DNA of 64,000 nt, from IMG/VR virus record IMGVR_UViG_3300027759_000051; one strand, 5' to 3'. This document shows, piece by piece, positions 1 through 8,995 of the stretch. Positions within the stretch are counted from its first letter, which is position 1. Each line of letters begins with the position of its first letter. The position numbers and the translations under genes were made by a program. The notes under the pieces were generated by a model. It ran no database searches, was not told the DNA's origin, and saw only the letters and a list, made by a program, of their open reading frames with translations. Source of the DNA: a virus.

Positions 1-30
1 CTGTTTGTGAACATAGATAGGGAAAAAAGG

Positions 31-516
31 CTAGAAAGCTTGTCCTTGTCCGTCTTTTTTCAAAATCTTGTACTTTTGTTTTTGTAATTCATTGACGACA
101 TCGTTGTAAACGCGCACGAATACTTCTCTATCCCCATTAGTGTGCATCTCATAGGCTGCTGAACCTAGCTTCTCCAAAGTTTTTTGTAGTGCTTCTGGTT
201 TGGGCATATTAGTTTGTGTACCAAAGTTGGCGTCCTTTTGTGCGGTCATAAAAATACCCCAAGCAGAGTACCCATCTAAATGTGGGGGTATTCCAGTTTG
301 GGCATCAATGACTGCTCTTCTGAGTTGGCCCGGCTTTGGCATGTATGTTTCGTATACAGCCAACTCTAGGAATGCGTTAATCGTTTCCTCATACTCGAGA
401 TCGTTAAGAAGGTCGTACCATGCTCTATAGGTCATCTTCTTATCTACATCTAGGAGAGGCTTGTCATAGGTAGCGTATACCTGTTGGACAAGACTCATGA
501 GTTCTTCTTTGATCAT
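31..516 (-). CDS. Putative helicase loader/inhibitor (SPP1 G39P-like)
   Basis: Helical protein with 'AWYDLLNDLEY...YMPKPGQLR' and 'SAWG' motifs typical of G39P/replication-P-like proteins, next to an initiator-like gene; start moved to ATG 516 (ATGA overlap). Confidence 0.5.
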   Translation of the reverse strand: MIKEELMSLVQQVYATYDKPLLDVDKKMTYRAWYDLLNDLEYEETINAFLELAVYETYMPKPGQLRRAVIDAQTGIPPHLDGYSAWGIFMTAQKDANFGTQTNMPKPEALQKTLEKLGSAAYEMHTNGDREVFVRVYNDVVNELQKQKYKILKKDGQGQAF

Positions 517-740
517 AGGGAGCTTAACCAACCTATGGCCTTACCCGACATGTCGTTCCAGTCTAGGTTACCTATCTCCTGCAGTACATCGCCATCAGAG
601 AAGGATTCATCCCTATCTGACTTCATGCGCGCATAGATTGCTGTAAACAAAAGGATTGCCATCTCCTGTGCGTTACTGGCTATAGGGTATCCCTTCTCTA
701 CTTGAAGTTCTCCCGGTACATACCTGTAGTAGTCACTCAT
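513..740 (-). CDS. Hypothetical protein
   Basis: 75-aa ORF with GAGGAG SD, coupled to the downstream gene. Confidence 0.6.
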   Translation of the reverse strand: MSDYYRYVPGELQVEKGYPIASNAQEMAILLFTAIYARMKSDRDESFSDGDVLQEIGNLDWNDMSGKAIGWLSSL

Positions 741-830
741 CTACTATCTCCTCTCTGTCTTCCACCACCGTAGGCTAACCGTGGTGAATATTCGTGGGCT
801 CTTCTTGTTGATTGAACAACTCTTGACACT

Positions 831-1175
831 CTACCAGTCTGTGTCATTGGCGTCCTCGTCTGGGAGGAAGCTTAGGAACTTCTCCACTTTCTGGACGTCG
901 CGCAATATTAATTCAATATCATTATATTTTTTGTTGGATCGGTTCCGGCCCATGTGCCATTCGGAGTAAGTGCACCCAAGGATTGCGTCCTTACAAGTCT
1001 GCACCCCGTAAAGGTGGATGGCTGACCCGATGTTCCGGCGTCTCTCATGATCGAGCTGCGCGCGCGACTTTTTGTGAATCTCAACCCAATACTTAAATAC
1101 TTCTTCAACTTCAGAATCTGGAACTTTATTGGAGTTATCTATTTTTTCTAAAGTTTTCTTACGTAAGGTACCCAT
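831..1175 (-). CDS. Phage replication initiator/replisome organiser-like C-terminal domain protein
   Basis: 'VFKYW...R...I...AILGC...WHMGRN...YNDIELILR...VEKF' resembles phage Rep C-terminal domains. Confidence 0.5.
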   Translation of the reverse strand: MGTLRKKTLEKIDNSNKVPDSEVEEVFKYWVEIHKKSRAQLDHERRRNIGSAIHLYGVQTCKDAILGCTYSEWHMGRNRSNKKYNDIELILRDVQKVEKFLSFLPDEDANDTDW

Positions 1176-1517
1176 AGTTAAAAGTTACTCCTTATAAAGA
1201 TTTCTGTCAAAAACCAAATATGAGATAGATAACTAAGAACAAAAGAACTGATTAAGAATAGAATCAGTAAAGCACCACTTTGGAAGGGTTCCAGGGAAAC
1301 CTTTTGCTCAGGATTCCCCAAACCAGGGCAGCACAAACTAGACCTCAGTAATTCGGGTCGTAGGTGGACTACCGGTTTTTGGCGCGCCGTTAGTTGTCTG
1401 ATCACCATAGCAGTCTCTTCCACCACCGTCAAGTAACTCGGTGGGTTTTTCTAAAATATTTGGATAAATCTATCTGAGTTACACTGTTAGGTAAACCTGA
1501 TATGGTATTTTTTACTT

Positions 1518-1613
1518 GTCGGCGAAGGTCCCCTTTCCCTTAGCTGACGTGAACCCCAGGTTGAGTTTGGATGCGTTTGTAGGTGGCACATGCTGAACTC
1601 CCTGGGGTTCTTT
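1518..1613 (+). ncRNA. Candidate two-hairpin small RNA with anti-SD loop
   Basis: Extended -10 TGG-TATTTT (1503-1511) sits 6 nt before G1518; hairpin 1518-1548 with loop TCCCCTTTC; hairpin 1551-1610 closed by GAACCCCAGG/CCTGGGGTTC followed by TTT. Confidence 0.6.
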
Positions 1614-1893
1614 ATTTCCATCGCGAGCCCGGTGGTCTTTTATTCTTTTCCGAATTTAAATTGTTACCGGAAGTAAAAGAGTTGACGCTAGCCATAAAGA
1701 TGCGGATAAGACCGACGGTCATTGCCGCGGCGCCGGAACCTTTGACCGAATCCCAGTAGGAAACTGAAATAATTCCATTATCTAATTTAATTTCCGCGAT
1801 GTCCAGAACCCACCAGAAGGAAGTTCCGATTGAGAGGGAAAGGATTGCCAGGTAAAGCAGCGCGCCGGAAAGAATATTAATTGATTTTTTCAT
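1612..1893 (-). CDS. Membrane protein (2 TM)
   Basis: Two hydrophobic segments; ATGA overlap with the upstream gene. Confidence 0.55.
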   Translation of the reverse strand: MKKSINILSGALLYLAILSLSIGTSFWWVLDIAEIKLDNGIISVSYWDSVKGSGAAAMTVGLIRIFMASVNSFTSGNNLNSEKNKRPPGSRWK

Positions 1894-2456
1894 TTTACGC
1901 TCAGTTCCAGTGTGAACCACTCTTGCTCCACCATCATTCCAATCGCGCAGTAGTTAATTACATCCATGTAATTGTCGTAGAGTGATTCGTTTATTGGATC
2001 TGCCTGCTTTTTGATTAAATTCTCCAGACGTGCGACCTTGTCATGCAGCCGGACAAGTAATCCAATTCGTCCAAAACGAATAATATTGTCAGATCCGTAA
2101 TCATTTTGCTTTTTAACCAGGACGGAAGTGAACTCATTAATATTATTTTCGTTATTTTTTTTAATTATTTCTCCGGATCTGGCAGCTTCGTACGCGACTG
2201 ACCCAAGTGTCTCCCAGGAAAGTAACCATTCATCGTCGGAGATAAGGCATTTAGAATTATTATTTGAAGTTTTAATCATCGAGTCCAGTTGTTTGCGGAT
2301 GTCGTTAACGTTTACCCCGCTACCCTCGATCAGACGAAGTCTGGATCTGGTAGATGGTAAACAAATTAAAGAGACGCAGGTCTCGGCAGCTTCGTCCCAG
2401 GTTTCTGGTTCCCTGGGAATCTCTTCCACCACCGTATCGTCAATATAGGTTGTCAT
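1890..2456 (-). CDS. DUF1599-like nucleotide-modification-associated protein
   Basis: 'KKQNDYG..NI..FG..GLLVRLHDKVARLENL...ESLYD.YMD..NY' motif. Confidence 0.75.
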   Translation of the reverse strand: MTTYIDDTVVEEIPREPETWDEAAETCVSLICLPSTRSRLRLIEGSGVNVNDIRKQLDSMIKTSNNNSKCLISDDEWLLSWETLGSVAYEAARSGEIIKKNNENNINEFTSVLVKKQNDYGSDNIIRFGRIGLLVRLHDKVARLENLIKKQADPINESLYDNYMDVINYCAIGMMVEQEWFTLELSVK

Positions 2457-2861
2457 TTAAATTACCTCCGGGTTTATTTTGTGTAGGTCGAGGACTTGGT
2501 TGATTAGGTCTTGCATCAGCCCGTCCCAGTAAATGTCGGACATTGATTCGTTATCCATGCCGTCAGCTGTTGCTAGCTCACGCTCGAGCATCTGACTTGA
2601 CACGGCAGCTAGGGCTCGGTTCGGATCTGCAGTAGGGAAGAGCACCGGCCCGTCCTGGTTGTTGATGAGGGACTTGTCTACGTGCATGATCGTCACTGTC
2701 TTCCCGCCATCGGTTCCGACGAGGACAATATTGTTGCCCTCCCTCGTAGCCTCGAGCATTTCGTCAACAACGTTTGCAGCTACCTGTGGGTTCTGATCCT
2801 TAAGAGCTTTTATTGCGGATGCTAGGGCCACAATGCTTTCCGGGATCTCAGCGTCACCCAT
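2457..2861 (-). CDS. Hypothetical protein
   Basis: 134-aa ORF abutting neighbours in the operon. Confidence 0.6.
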   Translation of the reverse strand: MGDAEIPESIVALASAIKALKDQNPQVAANVVDEMLEATREGNNIVLVGTDGGKTVTIMHVDKSLINNQDGPVLFPTADPNRALAAVSSQMLERELATADGMDNESMSDIYWDGLMQDLINQVLDLHKINPEVI

Positions 2862-3108
2862 GGGTCATCCCTATATTAAACATTTGGACGGCGATGTCGG
2901 AAGCGACCCCGGTTTGCTGAAAGGTAGTGATCTCGTAGATTGCAAAGCAACCGCCACAGACGTAGAGTTCTCCGCCCCATGGTCCATCAACGTCGGGCTC
3001 CACAGGGCGTCCATCCTCGAGGCACGCATAGAACCCATCTATATTCGGAGTATTTCCACACTGGCAAACTAGCCAGTCATATGTTGTTTCTTTCAAATTT
3101 AGCGGCAT
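2854..3108 (-). CDS. Small Zn-ribbon-like protein
   Basis: CxC...CxxC; GAGGGG SD. Confidence 0.55.
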   Translation of the reverse strand: MPLNLKETTYDWLVCQCGNTPNIDGFYACLEDGRPVEPDVDGPWGGELYVCGGCFAIYEITTFQQTGVASDIAVQMFNIGMTHG

Positions 3109-3235
3109 GGTGCCCCTCTCTTTCCCTTGTTACGGACTATATCTTTATACTCGTCTAATAGCAACCTGTGTTGCCCTGATTTCTTCATATCAATAGTTCC
3201 CAGTTATTTTTAAAAACTGAATTATTATTCCATCT

Positions 3236-3619
3236 ATGGACAATAACTCAAGGTTTGATTTATACGTAAAAGCAGCGAAGCAGTTCATCGAGCGCAACGG
3301 TGATTGTTTAGTTCCAGCATCTCATATTGAGATTTACGAAGGCGCTGAAGTAATGCTTGGAACTTGGGTTTGTTATTGCCGCCAGAGACGTAGGAAAAAT
3401 CAACTTTCTCAGAAAAGAATATTAATTTTAGAGGGCCTCCAGGGTTGGACTTGGGGGCCACTCGATCCAGGCCCGGCAGTAAATTCAGAAAGAAATAAAA
3501 AGATAATTGAAATGCGTTCGTCCGGATCTTCGCTCCGGCAAATTGCTGACTTTTTTGATTTAAGCCGCCAGAGAGTTCACCAGATTGTAGGAAAACCAGA
3601 TGACATACAAGCCGCATAA
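3236..3619 (+). CDS. Helicase-associated (HA) domain + HTH protein
   Basis: 'G.CLVP...LGTW...R.....LS..RI..LE..GW.W' HA signature plus C-terminal 'SLRQIADFFDLSRQRVHQI' HTH. Confidence 0.75.
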   Translation: MDNNSRFDLYVKAAKQFIERNGDCLVPASHIEIYEGAEVMLGTWVCYCRQRRRKNQLSQKRILILEGLQGWTWGPLDPGPAVNSERNKKIIEMRSSGSSLRQIADFFDLSRQRVHQIVGKPDDIQAA

Positions 3620-3914
3620 TTATCCCAAGACCCGGCATGGCACACCTCTTCCACCACCGTTAGGTAAGGGACTGCCTGGGGACAAGCCGTTACTTGATGA
3701 CCGTGCACTCGAGCGGATCGAGAAATCAGGAATATTTATTTTTTTGATTATTATCACCGGGCTCGAGCTGCTTATCTGGGCCTGGGTTGCCTGGGCGATT
3801 ACCGGGAACCTGGATGCGCGGGGAGATAATTCATTTTCTGATTTTATTTGGATGTCCGGCATAGCTATCTTCGCGGTGAAGTTCAGTAAGGCCATTAGTC
3901 GCCGCAATCACTAG
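3600..3914 (+). CDS. Probable membrane protein (start uncertain)
   Basis: Two hydrophobic segments in the C-terminal half. Confidence 0.4.
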   Translation: MTYKPHNYPKTRHGTPLPPPLGKGLPGDKPLLDDRALERIEKSGIFIFLIIITGLELLIWAWVAWAITGNLDARGDNSFSDFIWMSGIAIFAVKFSKAISRRNH

Positions 3915-4062
3915 TTGGGTAGTCCAGCGGTACTACTAAGCTAAGCCCTGGTCTCGGCTTGTGGGACGTTGGATGACTACGTATCGAGTCAATACGAGAC
4001 TCATGCCGAGCTCTGTCAACTATCGGCACCAGCTTGAACTTCCGGGCTCTATCTTTTTTCAT
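3895..4062 (-). CDS. Small basic hypothetical protein
   Basis: MKKDRARK start with GAAAAGGA SD; the upstream part of the predicted ORF is a hairpin region. Confidence 0.4.
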   Translation of the reverse strand: MKKDRARKFKLVPIVDRARHESRIDSIRSHPTSHKPRPGLSLVVPLDYPTSDCGD

Positions 4063-4096
4063 GATAATAATTCCTTTTCTAATATTTTCTAATAGT

Positions 4097-4221
4097 GCAG
4101 CCAGGCCGGTCGAGTTAACTAAGCCCGACCGACCAGCGCACACGCCATGGGCGTGAAAGGGGAAGTTTCCCATGGCGGTAGTTGTTACTCCCCACTGATT
4201 CATTCACCAGTGGGGAGTAAG
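4097..4221 (-). ncRNA. Three-hairpin structured region downstream of the vWA gene (3' UTR or sRNA)
   Basis: Stems TTACTCCCCACTG/CAGTGGGGAGTAA, CGCCATGGG/CCCATGGCG (minus-strand loop AAACTTCCCCTTTCACG) and CGGTCG/CGACCG. Confidence 0.5.
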
Positions 4222-4225
4222 CGAA

Positions 4226-5698
4226 CTAGATTAAGTCACTCCCCATGACTTCACGGTGTGCTTTTCTCAACTGAGCAGGCCAATGAGATTTACCCTTGGT
4301 TCCGTTCTTCATTTTTTTGAGTTCAGCAACTGCTTCTTCAACGTATGGGAGAACAATGATGTTGTTCTTCTTGCAGAACTTGATGCACTGCATTGCCATT
4401 GAATCCATGTAGCCGTTACTTGCGCACACTGCACCATCTGTCACCCAAATGATCGGGGAGTTTGAGCGCTGCCGATTCTTCACTGCCCATTCAAGCGCAG
4501 GAAAGTCAACGCCATTGCCGTGACCAAAGGTCGGGAGTTCATTTACCATTCTTCCCTTGTCAGCAACTACCCACATGTTCGTCTTGTCGTCACCCTTGTC
4601 GGTGTAGACAGCGACGGTGGCACCAGGTCCATTCTCAACAATGCGCCTGATCTGATCATGGGTGAATGACATTGAACCTGAACCGTCAATGATGATGACG
4701 CCACCACTTCCTCTTGTGACCTTGTCAAAGATTCTCTTCTCGGGGTCGGTGAGTAGTCGGTGAATGCGACGTGGTGATTTACCCATGTTTGATGCAGTGC
4801 GCTTTTTGCCGATGTTTCCTTTTGTTTGTTTCGGCATTGGGCAATACTCAACAAGTAGTTTTTCCCAACTAGGAATACTGCCACCTGCGTTGGGAGTAAT
4901 ACCCTTATGGGGGCTTCCAGTAGCAGAACCTTCTTTTGATGTTCCGACACTTGATGGAGCGCCAGCAATTTTCCGGGGACGCCCACGCCCACGCTTTACT
5001 TCTTCACCGTCGCCGCTAGTCGTGAGAGTAGGCGCTACTGCCTCTTCTTCTTCTTCAGGTACAACAGATATGAGTCTGTCTACCCACTCAGCAATGCTTT
5101 CAGTGAATGAGAAACCGTGTGGCGCTAGTTTGGTACGAGGGTCTACTGCAGTACTAGCAAGACGGCCAGTCTTGTAAGCCTTGTTCATTTCTTTCACAGC
5201 ACGTTTTGAAATGTCGCCAAGGATTTCTCCCCACTGCTTATTGTGCCTACGTACTCCGTTAAGAAATGCTTTATTTGATGCAGTGCCAGCAGTTGCAAAG
5301 GTCATGCGCACAGCGCCAGCCCAATCTTTTGTTGCAACGATGCGTTCTCCATCTGCAGTTTCTCCACCGTCAGTGAGATTTCCCTTGACGTTGAATCCAG
5401 CTTTTTCGCAAAGAAGATTTACACGTAATTCTTCAACGACGATAAGAGAATCGTGCGATGCGATCTTACGATCTATCCAGTCATGCATTGAAATGGCAGG
5501 AGATACTTTTGCATGCATTAGTTCATGCGCTCTGATCACTCTTGCCAGTTCCGTGTCGTGCGATGGTGTTTTCATTTCCCGATTTACAATGTCGGTGTAT
5601 GGCTCCCCACGACGTGGGTTGCAGTCTCCTACAACCCACGTTCCGTGTTCGGAATCCTTACGACCCAACAATTCAGGTTCAGCGATAATGCGATTCAT
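4226..5698 (-). CDS. vWA-domain protein with N-terminal HEXXH motif and AT-hook
   Basis: HELMH; RGRGRPRK; MIDAS DGSGSM...WVTDG; adjacent to a MoxR-type AAA gene. Confidence 0.8.
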   Translation of the reverse strand: MNRIIAEPELLGRKDSEHGTWVVGDCNPRRGEPYTDIVNREMKTPSHDTELARVIRAHELMHAKVSPAISMHDWIDRKIASHDSLIVVEELRVNLLCEKAGFNVKGNLTDGGETADGERIVATKDWAGAVRMTFATAGTASNKAFLNGVRRHNKQWGEILGDISKRAVKEMNKAYKTGRLASTAVDPRTKLAPHGFSFTESIAEWVDRLISVVPEEEEEAVAPTLTTSGDGEEVKRGRGRPRKIAGAPSSVGTSKEGSATGSPHKGITPNAGGSIPSWEKLLVEYCPMPKQTKGNIGKKRTASNMGKSPRRIHRLLTDPEKRIFDKVTRGSGGVIIIDGSGSMSFTHDQIRRIVENGPGATVAVYTDKGDDKTNMWVVADKGRMVNELPTFGHGNGVDFPALEWAVKNRQRSNSPIIWVTDGAVCASNGYMDSMAMQCIKFCKKNNIIVLPYVEEAVAELKKMKNGTKGKSHWPAQLRKAHREVMGSDLI

Positions 5699-5700
5699 GA

Positions 5701-6426
5701 TTAAGCGCCGATCTTGTCAATAGCAATGGCGTCAATAATCGCTTCAGCACGATCTCCAAACGTCAGCACCGCCGCACGTTGAGCGCCGAGCGTATTTCGC
5801 AATTTGTCAAATGCCATGAATGCTCGCAATGAGATACGACGTTCGCCAGCGTCAGCCATGCGCACTGCGTATGGTCGCAAGTCAGCAGACAAGCGAAGCA
5901 ATGCGTCAGGGTGTGGAGCGTTGATGCGAATGCGAATTGGGAAACGGTCAGCCAATGCAGTTGGCAGTTCTTCCATGTTCTCAATGTTGGTGGTCATGAT
6001 CGCAGAGAAACCGTTTCGTGGGCGATGCACACGACCAGTCTCAGGATTCTCCCATGTTGCAGACTCAGGAGAGTCAAGCATTGAGAGAAGAGTTGCGAAC
6101 ACGTCGCCACCAGCCTTGTCTACTTCGTCAACGATCAGACGACCGCCGATGATTCCGTTACCTTCCCAAGCCTTCACTGCAGAACCGTAGTTCCACGTGA
6201 ATGTTCCACGCTCATTGGGCATGAATGCTCCAGTGACGTCTGAGTTGGTCATGTCTTCGGTGCATACCAAACGATGCGCACCACCGTCAATGTTTCCAAT
6301 AGTTAATCCAGCATAGGTTTTGCCAATGCCTGATGGCCCGTAAAGAATGACACGGTCAACGCCGTTGTTCATGCAATCTTCAAGTGCTTGCCAGCACTCA
6401 GGCAGGGTGGATGTTGATGTATTCAT
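5701..6426 (-). CDS. MoxR/CbbQ-like AAA+ ATPase
   Basis: Walker A GPSGIGKT, Walker B LIVDEVD, sensor TTN, Arg finger ALADRF. Confidence 0.9.
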   Translation of the reverse strand: MNTSTSTLPECWQALEDCMNNGVDRVILYGPSGIGKTYAGLTIGNIDGGAHRLVCTEDMTNSDVTGAFMPNERGTFTWNYGSAVKAWEGNGIIGGRLIVDEVDKAGGDVFATLLSMLDSPESATWENPETGRVHRPRNGFSAIMTTNIENMEELPTALADRFPIRIRINAPHPDALLRLSADLRPYAVRMADAGERRISLRAFMAFDKLRNTLGAQRAAVLTFGDRAEAIIDAIAIDKIGA

Positions 6427-6497
6427 AGTACCCCTTTCGTGGGTTTAGTTGTTAGTACACTTTCAACGTATCATGGTGAATAACCTATACCGAGTTT

Positions 6498-7004
6498 TTA
6501 GATCTCGGCTTCTCGGTCAGCTTTTGGATCTCGGATCTCCCATATTCCTTTTTTGATTTTTCTGAAGTGAGTTGAGTCTGTCAGAAATTTAAGAACAGTT
6601 GGGTAACTGAAGCCGGCCACTTCAACCAGCACTTCAGTTGAATGCTGTTCGCCGATTTTATCTTTAGTCCATGATATGAATGCGTCGTATTTATTTGAGC
6701 GCTTCTCTGTTTTGATCTCTTCTGAAATATCTTCTTCAGTGATATTCATATCGCACCATGTAGAGACAACATCGAGTAGAACACTTTCAGTTACTCCATA
6801 GTGCTGCAAGAAGCGAACTGGGCTTCCCTTCTCGCCTTCCATCTTCCATATGTCAAGTACGTACATTCCTCTTTCATATTCACTGATGAGGAATAGCTCG
6901 TCTTTAGGTACGTTGATAAACGCGCCGTAGTTCTCGGCGACTTTATCGCAGCGAACTTTTAATTCTTCTTTTATTTTTTCTTTGTTGATTTGAGTACTTG
7001 GCAT
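6498..7004 (-). CDS. Hypothetical protein, possible C-terminal wHTH
   Basis: 168-aa ORF with GAAAGGGGAG SD. Confidence 0.65.
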   Translation of the reverse strand: MPSTQINKEKIKEELKVRCDKVAENYGAFINVPKDELFLISEYERGMYVLDIWKMEGEKGSPVRFLQHYGVTESVLLDVVSTWCDMNITEEDISEEIKTEKRSNKYDAFISWTKDKIGEQHSTEVLVEVAGFSYPTVLKFLTDSTHFRKIKKGIWEIRDPKADREAEI

Positions 7005-7109
7005 TACTCCCCTTTCATGAGATTAATTATTTAAGTCTACATTAATGACTCGATGTTTCAACTTTTAAATTGTCTTCCACCACCGTCACCTAAATATTCA
7101 GTTATTTAT

Positions 7110-7415
7110 TTATTTTTCTTGACCCGGCGTCCGGATCTCCAGGCTTGAGCCGTCGGACAAACTGGTCACCCGCCTCGGCGGGGCTCCGATCTCGGGTTCA
7201 ACTGTCATCACATTCTCAGACATGAGCCTGCTGCGCACCGCGTCTATCGCCAGGCCTAGCTCGTCATACGTAATCCCCCAACCGTCAACCGTCTCCTCGA
7301 AGAACCCAGCATCAATGTCTTCTTGAATATTCAGCATCGCCCGGGATCCGGTAACGCCCAGCGTGTAGTAGTTCTCGTAGAGTATTTGTGATATCTCATC
7401 TATCGCAGAGCTCAT
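7110..7415 (-). CDS. Hypothetical protein
   Basis: ORF with GGAGG SD. Confidence 0.6.
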   Translation of the reverse strand: MSSAIDEISQILYENYYTLGVTGSRAMLNIQEDIDAGFFEETVDGWGITYDELGLAIDAVRSRLMSENVMTVEPEIGAPPRRVTSLSDGSSLEIRTPGQEK

Positions 7416-7416
7416 A

Positions 7417-7626
7417 TCATTCCTCCCAGTTCATTGTTTCTTCGTACTCGGTCAGGATGTCTCTGGCGCCCTCAATGTAGTCGTAGACAAGACCGTAGTC
7501 GCCCATCGGCAGCACAACTCCACTGCTCTCTAGTTCTTGAATCAGGCTATGAACAAAGTTGATCTGCTCGATGGACGTGGAGATATCTCTATCAATTTTG
7601 TAATTCATCTCATTCCTCGATTTCAT
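7417..7626 (-). CDS. Hypothetical protein
   Basis: Acidic small ORF in operon. Confidence 0.55.
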   Translation of the reverse strand: MKSRNEMNYKIDRDISTSIEQINFVHSLIQELESSGVVLPMGDYGLVYDYIEGARDILTEYEETMNWEE

Positions 7627-7763
7627 GTTCTGCTCTTATATCTTCGCCGTTTTCGTCACAGATATATTTCCATATCTTGTCGTCGCCAGTGGCATTCATA
7701 TCTGCCCACCCCGTAGGTGTAGCTGTGATGGTACGTGAACAATGTATACAGGTACTCATAGTT

Positions 7764-7946
7764 CTACTCCTCGCTTTCCTCTACGTCCCACGGAACATCC
7801 CAATTGTGACTTCCGTCCGTGTCCAGCTTCAACAACTCCTCGTGAGTCAGTTTGTCGTAAGCCTCTAGTGCAGCCTCTTTTGATTCTGCCATAATTTCGT
7901 ATGAATGACTGATGTCCTCGGTTACAGAGACAATAAACTTTTTCAT
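7764..7946 (-). CDS. Small acidic hypothetical protein
   Basis: 'YEIMAESKEAA' pattern common in small phage proteins. Confidence 0.6.
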   Translation of the reverse strand: MKKFIVSVTEDISHSYEIMAESKEAALEAYDKLTHEELLKLDTDGSHNWDVPWDVEESEE

Positions 7947-7948
7947 TA

Positions 7949-8575
7949 TTACACCTTCGCTTTCGTTAGTAGTCCCACCACTGTATCGGCTTTTTCATCT
8001 ATATCACTACGCAGGGTATATACCCACTCGTTATATTTTTCAGTTCCTTCCATCGAGTCCCAATCAACTTCGCCATCGTACTCTGATGGTGAGAACATCT
8101 CGGAAAAATCCATCTCCCCTTTACTCATTACTTCTGCTCCGCAGAAAAAACCTGCTTCTTCTTCGTAACTGAATAAGAAAATCAGTTCGGGAAACATAGC
8201 CGAGATTTTAAGGAATGCTTTTTCAGCAGTTCCCCAAGGAGTCTCAAAACGGAATTTTACTGAGGCTTCGTCTTGTTCATCTATGAACGTACTGCAGTCG
8301 CCCCACTTGACTCCCCAGTTATCGTGTTGCCAGTCGTACCAGTTTGCCGAGCCATAGTTTTCCAGCATTACCGCTGCAATATCTTTTTGTTCTTCCTTTA
8401 TCGGAGAGGTAACTTCGTAGAGTTCAGCAGGGCAAGGAATATAAGAACTGATTATCTCTAGATATCGAGTATCTGTATATTCATCTTTCTTGCCTTTCTT
8501 TATTCCAGTGATGAACTTGCTTAGTTCTCCTGAAGGCCCTGTTACTTCCAATGATGTATAAACCCAATTAGGCAT
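7949..8575 (-). CDS. YubB/Api92-like ferredoxin-fold protein (DUF1281-like)
   Basis: MPNW start, 'NWYDW...NWGVKW', 'FETPW', 'YEEE..FFCG'. Confidence 0.8.
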   Translation of the reverse strand: MPNWVYTSLEVTGPSGELSKFITGIKKGKKDEYTDTRYLEIISSYIPCPAELYEVTSPIKEEQKDIAAVMLENYGSANWYDWQHDNWGVKWGDCSTFIDEQDEASVKFRFETPWGTAEKAFLKISAMFPELIFLFSYEEEAGFFCGAEVMSKGEMDFSEMFSPSEYDGEVDWDSMEGTEKYNEWVYTLRSDIDEKADTVVGLLTKAKV

Positions 8576-8810
8576 AGTACGCCCCTTTCGTTAGTAGTTA
8601 TTTTTATTGTACTAGTGCGAATAACCTTTACCTAGTTAGCGCCAACGTTGCTCTATGAATCACCGGGCGCTGCATCATCTTCATCGTCGAGCCAAGGAAT
8701 ATCCCATCCAGCTTTGCGAATCAGATCTATTACTTCATCCATGCATTCACCATCACTCATTTCCGATGGTTCCATAGCTTTTATTATTTGCTGTATTAAC
8801 TCGACGTTGT

Positions 8811-8972
8811 TCATAACTCCATCTCCTCTAATTCACAGTCGGCACAATGGCCATCATCGTTTAATTCAGTTAGTGCGGCATTCTCATCGTAGAGAGTTGC
8901 GCACAAGATACAACGCGCACAAGAACAGTAGGCAACTTTCTCCCCACAGATTTCACACGGTTCTTCTTCCAT
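8811..8972 (-). CDS. Cys-rich zinc-finger protein (paralog of 13005-13166)
   Basis: CxxC..CxC..CxxC...CxxC; AAAGGGG SD. Confidence 0.65.
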   Translation of the reverse strand: MEEEPCEICGEKVAYCSCARCILCATLYDENAALTELNDDGHCADCELEEMEL

Positions 8973-8995
8973 ATCATTCCCCTTTTCTTTATACT

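Noticed and set aside
758-771. The 14-mer as an E. coli Chi site
   Set aside because: It shares only TGGTGG with GCTGGTGG, is longer and locally clustered, and the inferred host is not an enterobacterium.
1486-1501. TTAGGTAAACCTGA as an IdeR box over the 1518 RNA promoter
   Set aside because: Only a partial match to the 19-bp consensus; too weak to call without a PWM score.
4462-6190. Long antisense ORFs over the vWA/AAA genes (and similar ones over MCP, RNR, SNF2 and the 43-kb fusion gene)
   Set aside because: Shadow ORFs opposite well-supported genes, with no motifs or start signals.
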